This document shows positions 59,509 to 64,000 of a DNA stretch of 64,000 nt, one piece after another (the stretch's first letter is position 1; each line of letters opens with the position of its first letter). A model generated the notes under the pieces. The model was not told the origin of the DNA and made no database searches. It saw only the letters and a program-made list of their open reading frames with translations. The stretch is from the NCBI GenBank assembly GCA_001829315.1, contig MIAY01000031.1, positions 18,040 to 82,039 on the forward strand. The letters are read 5' to 3'. The stretch comes from Spirochaetes bacterium GWE1_32_154. Its GTDB lineage: Bacteria; Spirochaetota; GWE2-31-10. The position numbers were made by a program, and so were the translations under genes.

Positions 59509-60201
59509 CTAACGTATAGTATAATTTTTTAGAAAATAAATCAATCTCTCGTCTACTGCTGAATTTACTCTAAGAGAAACCAAACTGCCGGCAACTAACT
59601 CTTTATCTGATAATATCAGTTTTTCTCCAAATGTAAATTTTTTTCTTGAATTATTAAATAATTCCGGCTGGTTTAAAACTTTAAGTTCTAACGATGAATA
59701 CTCAAATTTATTAAATTCAATTTCTTTTCTATTTTCTTTAAGATTTATTTCATATTCCGGTATTGAACTTTTGTAAATATTTTCTGAATGTCCTTCTAAA
59801 TCAACCAGTAATGCCATATCACTTTGATTACCCGAAGAATCCGTTACTCTTACAATATAATCACCTAATAAAACTGAATTACCATTATCATATTCAAAAA
59901 AAGAAAAACCGTGATAGTTATTATCACCATATAATGTTTCTTCTAAATCGTTTCTTTTTAATTTCCAGACTATATCAGTATCAACATGAATGAGCGAAAT
60001 ATCGCTAATATCTTCAAACCCGTTCTCATCAAATAAAATAAAATGAACAGATAAAAAGACCATAGTTGACGGTCCGGCTCCTGCACCTGACTGGTATACA
60101 ACTATGTTGTATACAGGATTTCTTATATAAGGAGGTTCATTTTCACATGAAAAAATAAATAATAATAAAAGAAGAAAAAACATACATTGTAATAATTTCA
60201 T
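59509..60201 (-). CDS. Hypothetical lipoprotein
   Basis: IFSC lipobox; DENG.EDI and G.Y...V.D.SG motifs. Confidence 0.7.
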   Translation of the reverse strand: MKLLQCMFFLLLLLFIFSCENEPPYIRNPVYNIVVYQSGAGAGPSTMVFLSVHFILFDENGFEDISDISLIHVDTDIVWKLKRNDLEETLYGDNNYHGFSFFEYDNGNSVLLGDYIVRVTDSSGNQSDMALLVDLEGHSENIYKSSIPEYEINLKENRKEIEFNKFEYSSLELKVLNQPELFNNSRKKFTFGEKLILSDKELVAGSLVSLRVNSAVDERLIYFLKNYTIR

Positions 60202-60327
60202 ACTACAAAAAAATCATTTTTAAGATGATTTGTCTATAAAAAAATAAAATAATATATTCTTTTTGACTTATTTTCCAATTAATTATAAGTTTTGAACTTA
60301 AAATGTTTTTTAACAAACAGGATTACC

Positions 60328-61503
60328 ATGCGAATTTGTTTATTGTTAATCGTACTATCTTTAATTATTTCCTGTAAATCAAATACAAATGAAATTTCCT
60401 TATTAACTGATGATCCGTTTATATATGATGCGGTTTTATTATACAATGGGAGTAAATCTGCTACACGGATAAAAGCTGTTTTAATAAAATCAAATGAAAC
60501 TCTTTTTTCAGCATCATCACAAAAGAATATTGATTCTTACGATATTATTGCAGGCAGTTTTTTCCCAAATAACGACTTTTCTTTTGACAGATTTTCTAGA
60601 ATTAAAATTACTACTGAAGATTCTTTATACTTTAAGTTTATTTATGACTTCTACGAATATACAAATCAAAAATCAATTATTTATAAGGCCGAAGCCCCTG
60701 TAATTATCACAAATAAATCAAATACCAAAGTAAATCAAACAATGACTTTTGATGAATTTAAAACAGAATGTGACAAAGAAACAACATTGTATAGAAACAA
60801 TGGAATCAATAATAAGTTTGCATTTATACCACAACTGTCAACATTATCAGAATTGGATTTTTACACAATGAATTCTGATATCTTTATAAAGAATGAAAAA
60901 GAAAAAGAAATATTCAATTCAAATGTATTAAATCAGAATTTCAATTATTATACCAACTTTAATGATTCAGAAATTGACCCGCTTATTATTCACAAAGCAA
61001 TTAACAAATATTCTCGAGACCCGAGCAAATACTTTCTTGAAAGAAATTTGCTTACTTATGACTTAACATACTTAAGCACCTCAATGTTATCAAATAAATA
61101 CCGATTAATTTTCTTAAAAAATCATAATACCGCATCTTTAAAACAATCCGTTATAACAATAAACAATAAATCAAAATACAAAAACTACTCTGAAAATTTT
61201 ATCGATTTTGTATTATCTGAAGAAACCCAGAACAAACTTTTTCTTGAATCAGTTAAAAGAAAATCTGTTTACAATACAATATTCATACCAGTCATTACAA
61301 AAAATAATCAAATTATGTCAAACTCATTTAAAAATGGCACTGAAATTTTCAACTACATACAAAACCTGAAATACTGCAATTTTGGAAACAACAAAAATAG
61401 AAAAAAATTCTTTAAAATATTTAACACAGCTTCTGATATGATCGATAAAGAGCGCTTGAAAAAAAAAGATTTTATTAATTTTATTGAAAAAAATTTAAAT
61501 TAG
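60328..61503 (+). CDS. Lipoprotein, divergent extracellular solute-binding protein
   Basis: IISC lipobox; FIDFVLSEETQ motif of cluster-B binding proteins; upstream of a sugar ABC ATPase. Confidence 0.6.
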   Translation: MRICLLLIVLSLIISCKSNTNEISLLTDDPFIYDAVLLYNGSKSATRIKAVLIKSNETLFSASSQKNIDSYDIIAGSFFPNNDFSFDRFSRIKITTEDSLYFKFIYDFYEYTNQKSIIYKAEAPVIITNKSNTKVNQTMTFDEFKTECDKETTLYRNNGINNKFAFIPQLSTLSELDFYTMNSDIFIKNEKEKEIFNSNVLNQNFNYYTNFNDSEIDPLIIHKAINKYSRDPSKYFLERNLLTYDLTYLSTSMLSNKYRLIFLKNHNTASLKQSVITINNKSKYKNYSENFIDFVLSEETQNKLFLESVKRKSVYNTIFIPVITKNNQIMSNSFKNGTEIFNYIQNLKYCNFGNNKNRKKFFKIFNTASDMIDKERLKKKDFINFIEKNLN

Positions 61504-61512
61504 TCTTATTGT

Positions 61513-61541
61513 TTGACAAAGCAAAAAAAAACAAATAAAAT
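61513..61541 (+). promoter_or_regulatory. sigma70 promoter
   Basis: TTGACA-N17-TAAAAT upstream of the MalK-type ATPase. Confidence 0.65.
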
Positions 61542-61571
61542 ATTTTTACTAATTCTCCAGGAGTCAATTAA

Positions 61572-62693
61572 ATGGCAGAGGTAATTTTAAAAAACATCGA
61601 CAAAGTGTATCCGGGTAATGTTCATGTTGTTTTTAAAAACAATATTGAAATCAAGGATAAAGAATTTGTTGTATTAGTCGGTCCATCGGGATGCGGAAAA
61701 TCAACAACACTCAGAATGATTGCAGGACTTGAAGACATAACTTCAGGTGAACTTACAATCGATGGAAAAATTGTAAATGATGTACCACCAAAAGACAGAG
61801 ACATTGCAATGGTATTTCAAAACTACGCACTTTACCCCCACATGACCGTGTTTGATAACATGGCATTTGGTTTAAAGATCAGAAAATTTCCTAAAGATGA
61901 AATTCAAGCTCGTGTAAATGAAGCAGCTTCAATTCTTCATATCAATAACTTATTAGATAGAAAACCTAAAGCATTATCCGGCGGTCAAAGACAACGTGTT
62001 GCAATGGGTAGAGCTATTGTAAGAAAACCAAAGGTTTTTCTTTTTGATGAACCGTTATCAAATCTTGATGCAAAATTAAGAGTAACAATGAGAGCGGAGA
62101 TTTCAAGACTTCACTCAAAACTTCAAACTACAATGATTTATGTTACACATGATCAGATCGAAGCAATGACAATGGCTGATAAAATAGTCGTTATGTATAA
62201 CGGACATGTTCAACAGATTGATTCACCGCTTAATTTATACAATCACCCGGTAAATAAATTTGTTGCAGGTTTCATTGGTTCACCTCCAATGAATTTTATC
62301 AATTTAAAAATTGAAGAAAAAAATGGAAAAGTTATTGCGGTTCATCAGGACTTTGAAATGACACCTACTGAATCACAACAAAATTTATTAAAACCATATA
62401 TTGGTAAAGAAGTAACATTCGGTGTTAGAGCAGAAGATCTTTCTGCAGAAGTAAGTAATAACGCTAACAAGATTAAGGCTATTGTTGATGTTATTGAACC
62501 TTTAGGCGCCGACATTTATCTTTATTTATCTACTTCAGACGGTTCACAATTAATAGCACGAATTGATCCAAACAAAGTTTTTAAAGTTGGTGAAAAAACA
62601 GAATTATCTGTAAATATTGAAAAATGTCATTTTTTTGATAACGCACCGGTTGTTAATGAACTTGGTAAATCAGAAGAAAAGTGTATCATTTAA
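61572..62693 (+). CDS. Sugar ABC transporter ATP-binding protein (MalK/MsmX/UgpC)
   Basis: GPSGCGKST, VFQNYALYPH, LSGGQRQR, DEPLSNLDAKLR, TOBE domain. Confidence 0.95.
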   Translation: MAEVILKNIDKVYPGNVHVVFKNNIEIKDKEFVVLVGPSGCGKSTTLRMIAGLEDITSGELTIDGKIVNDVPPKDRDIAMVFQNYALYPHMTVFDNMAFGLKIRKFPKDEIQARVNEAASILHINNLLDRKPKALSGGQRQRVAMGRAIVRKPKVFLFDEPLSNLDAKLRVTMRAEISRLHSKLQTTMIYVTHDQIEAMTMADKIVVMYNGHVQQIDSPLNLYNHPVNKFVAGFIGSPPMNFINLKIEEKNGKVIAVHQDFEMTPTESQQNLLKPYIGKEVTFGVRAEDLSAEVSNNANKIKAIVDVIEPLGADIYLYLSTSDGSQLIARIDPNKVFKVGEKTELSVNIEKCHFFDNAPVVNELGKSEEKCII

Positions 62694-62709
62694 TTTGCAT
62701 TATGATTAT

Positions 62710-62740
62710 AAAAAAAGGGAGCGAAACGCTCCCTTTTTTT
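62710..62740. terminator. Bidirectional rho-independent terminator
   Basis: A7-GGGAGCG-AAA-CGCTCCC-T7 between convergent genes. Confidence 0.9.
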
Positions 62741-64000
62741 ATTTCACACCATAAAAACAAGTATCTAAATGTTTCTTGTCGATTTTTTTAGTAAACAAAC
62801 TCGTTACTATTGTCGTGAGTGATGATAATGGAAGAGCTATAATTAACGGATCAACCTGCTGAAGGATGCTTTTACCACCTAATGAGTCAACCCCAAAAAT
62901 TACTTTACACAAACCTAAAGGTGCAGATTCTTTAACATGAACAAAAACCAGCCAGAAAAGACTTACTGATAAACCAACAAAAAAACCGGCAATAGCAGCT
63001 TCTTTGGTAACTCTCTTTGAAAAAAGCGCACCTATATACAACGGAAGAAACGTTGAGGCGCATAAACCAAAGAATATCGCTGTTCCAATTGCAATGATTG
63101 CACTACCTTGTTCAAAAAACTTTGGTAAATAATAAGCAATAACCGTACTGAAAACGATTGTGAACGACATTGATATTTTGGTTGAAAGCAAAGAATTTTT
63201 TGATTTTATACCAAGCCCTTTTTCCATAAAATCTCTTCCGAAAGAAGTACCCATTGTATGAAATTGAGAACTCAAAGTTGACATTGCGGCTGCAAGAAGT
63301 GTAACCATAAAAACAGCAGTAAACCACGCAGGCATTGCTTTAGTAATATATAAGGGTATAATGTTATCAACTTTCTTACCGGCAGCAACTATCGAGATAA
63401 CATTGAAATCAGGATTATTGAAAAAATAAACATTTGTTAATGCCCCGACAACAAAACCGACACCGGTCATCATCAATATAAATACACCACCAATGAGAAC
63501 TCCTCTATTTAATTCCCGATCACTTTTTACGGTCATAAAACGAACTGCTAATTGCGGTTGAGCTAACACTCCAATTCCGACCCCCATAACAATAGTTGAT
63601 ACAAGCTGCCACCAGAATACAGAACCTAAAGAAGGCATTTCAGTCCACCCCCGGTGACCTGCACCGCCCCACACTTTCACAGCCTCAGGGGCAAGGTTTG
63701 TTAATGCCTGATGAGCAGAAACAACACCTCCAAGTTTAACATACGTGAACACTAACAAAATAAACATACCAATAAACATTACAGACCCCTGAAAAGCATC
63801 GGTATACATAACACCTTTTAAACCGCCCATAACAACATATACAGCAACAACTGCAACAAAGAAAAATAATGCAATCTCATAATTGATTCCAAATGTCTGT
63901 GCAATAAAAGAAGCACCGCCTATTATAACAGAACCGGCATATAACGGCATTGAAAAAAATATTAGAAGACCGGATGCAACTTGCAAAAATCGTGAATCAT
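62739..64000 (-). CDS. Sodium:solute symporter family protein (5' end outside the window)
   Basis: Y..MGGLKGVMYTDAFQG, QPQLAVRF, AAAMSTLSS; many TM segments. Confidence 0.9.
   Translation of the reverse strand, partial: DSRFLQVASGLLIFFSMPLYAGSVIIGGASFIAQTFGINYEIALFFFVAVVAVYVVMGGLKGVMYTDAFQGSVMFIGMFILLVFTYVKLGGVVSAHQALTNLAPEAVKVWGGAGHRGWTEMPSLGSVFWWQLVSTIVMGVGIGVLAQPQLAVRFMTVKSDRELNRGVLIGGVFILMMTGVGFVVGALTNVYFFNNPDFNVISIVAAGKKVDNIIPLYITKAMPAWFTAVFMVTLLAAAMSTLSSQFHTMGTSFGRDFMEKGLGIKSKNSLLSTKISMSFTIVFSTVIAYYLPKFFEQGSAIIAIGTAIFFGLCASTFLPLYIGALFSKRVTKEAAIAGFFVGLSVSLFWLVFVHVKESAPLGLCKVIFGVDSLGGKSILQQVDPLIIALPLSSLTTIVTSLFTKKIDKKHLDTCFYGVK

Noticed and set aside
5381-63327. Numerous 60-155 aa ORFs antisense to or nested in long genes (e.g. 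5381-5788, 8569-9030, 25741-26163, 42446-42868, 44210-44632)
   Set aside because: Shadow frames of well-supported CDSs with no RBS or recognisable motif

Overview
AT-rich bacterial chromosomal segment (roughly 30% GC by eye). It is most likely from a free-living spirochaete, judged from the lipoboxes, MCP types, a DUF1564-like RHH gene and an LA_2272-like repeat protein. It is gene-dense and signalling-rich, and I found no rRNA, tRNA, CRISPR array, transposase, integrase or reverse transcriptase. Housekeeping genes include serB, aroK, glgB, an aminotransferase, YgiQ, ABC-F, comF, a MalK-type ATPase and a Na+/solute symporter. Main points of interest: (1) a dispersed, transposase-free palindromic repeat family (GAGCCTCTTGCAAAAAT ends, at least 6 copies) with compensatory changes in two hairpins. 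(2) A self-contained sigma54 module in which back-to-back -24/-12 promoters share a palindromic enhancer and drive two DUF4097 proteins one way and an 18-aa-repeat beta-solenoid protein, membrane kinase and bEBP the other way. (3) A sigma54-driven accessory chemosensory operon with a MshEN-like insert in CheA and an embedded REC-HD-GYP. (4) An adenylate/guanylate cyclase with an unrecognised N-terminus coupled to a PaaI thioesterase. (5) Readable operators for TetR, an AAA_14/DUF4143 ATPase and a tandem RHH protein. (6) A degenerate mini-flagellin-like ORF, a Zn-finger-cNMP protein, and two pseudogenes that lost their cores at microhomologies. All family calls come from motif recognition by eye; no database search was run.
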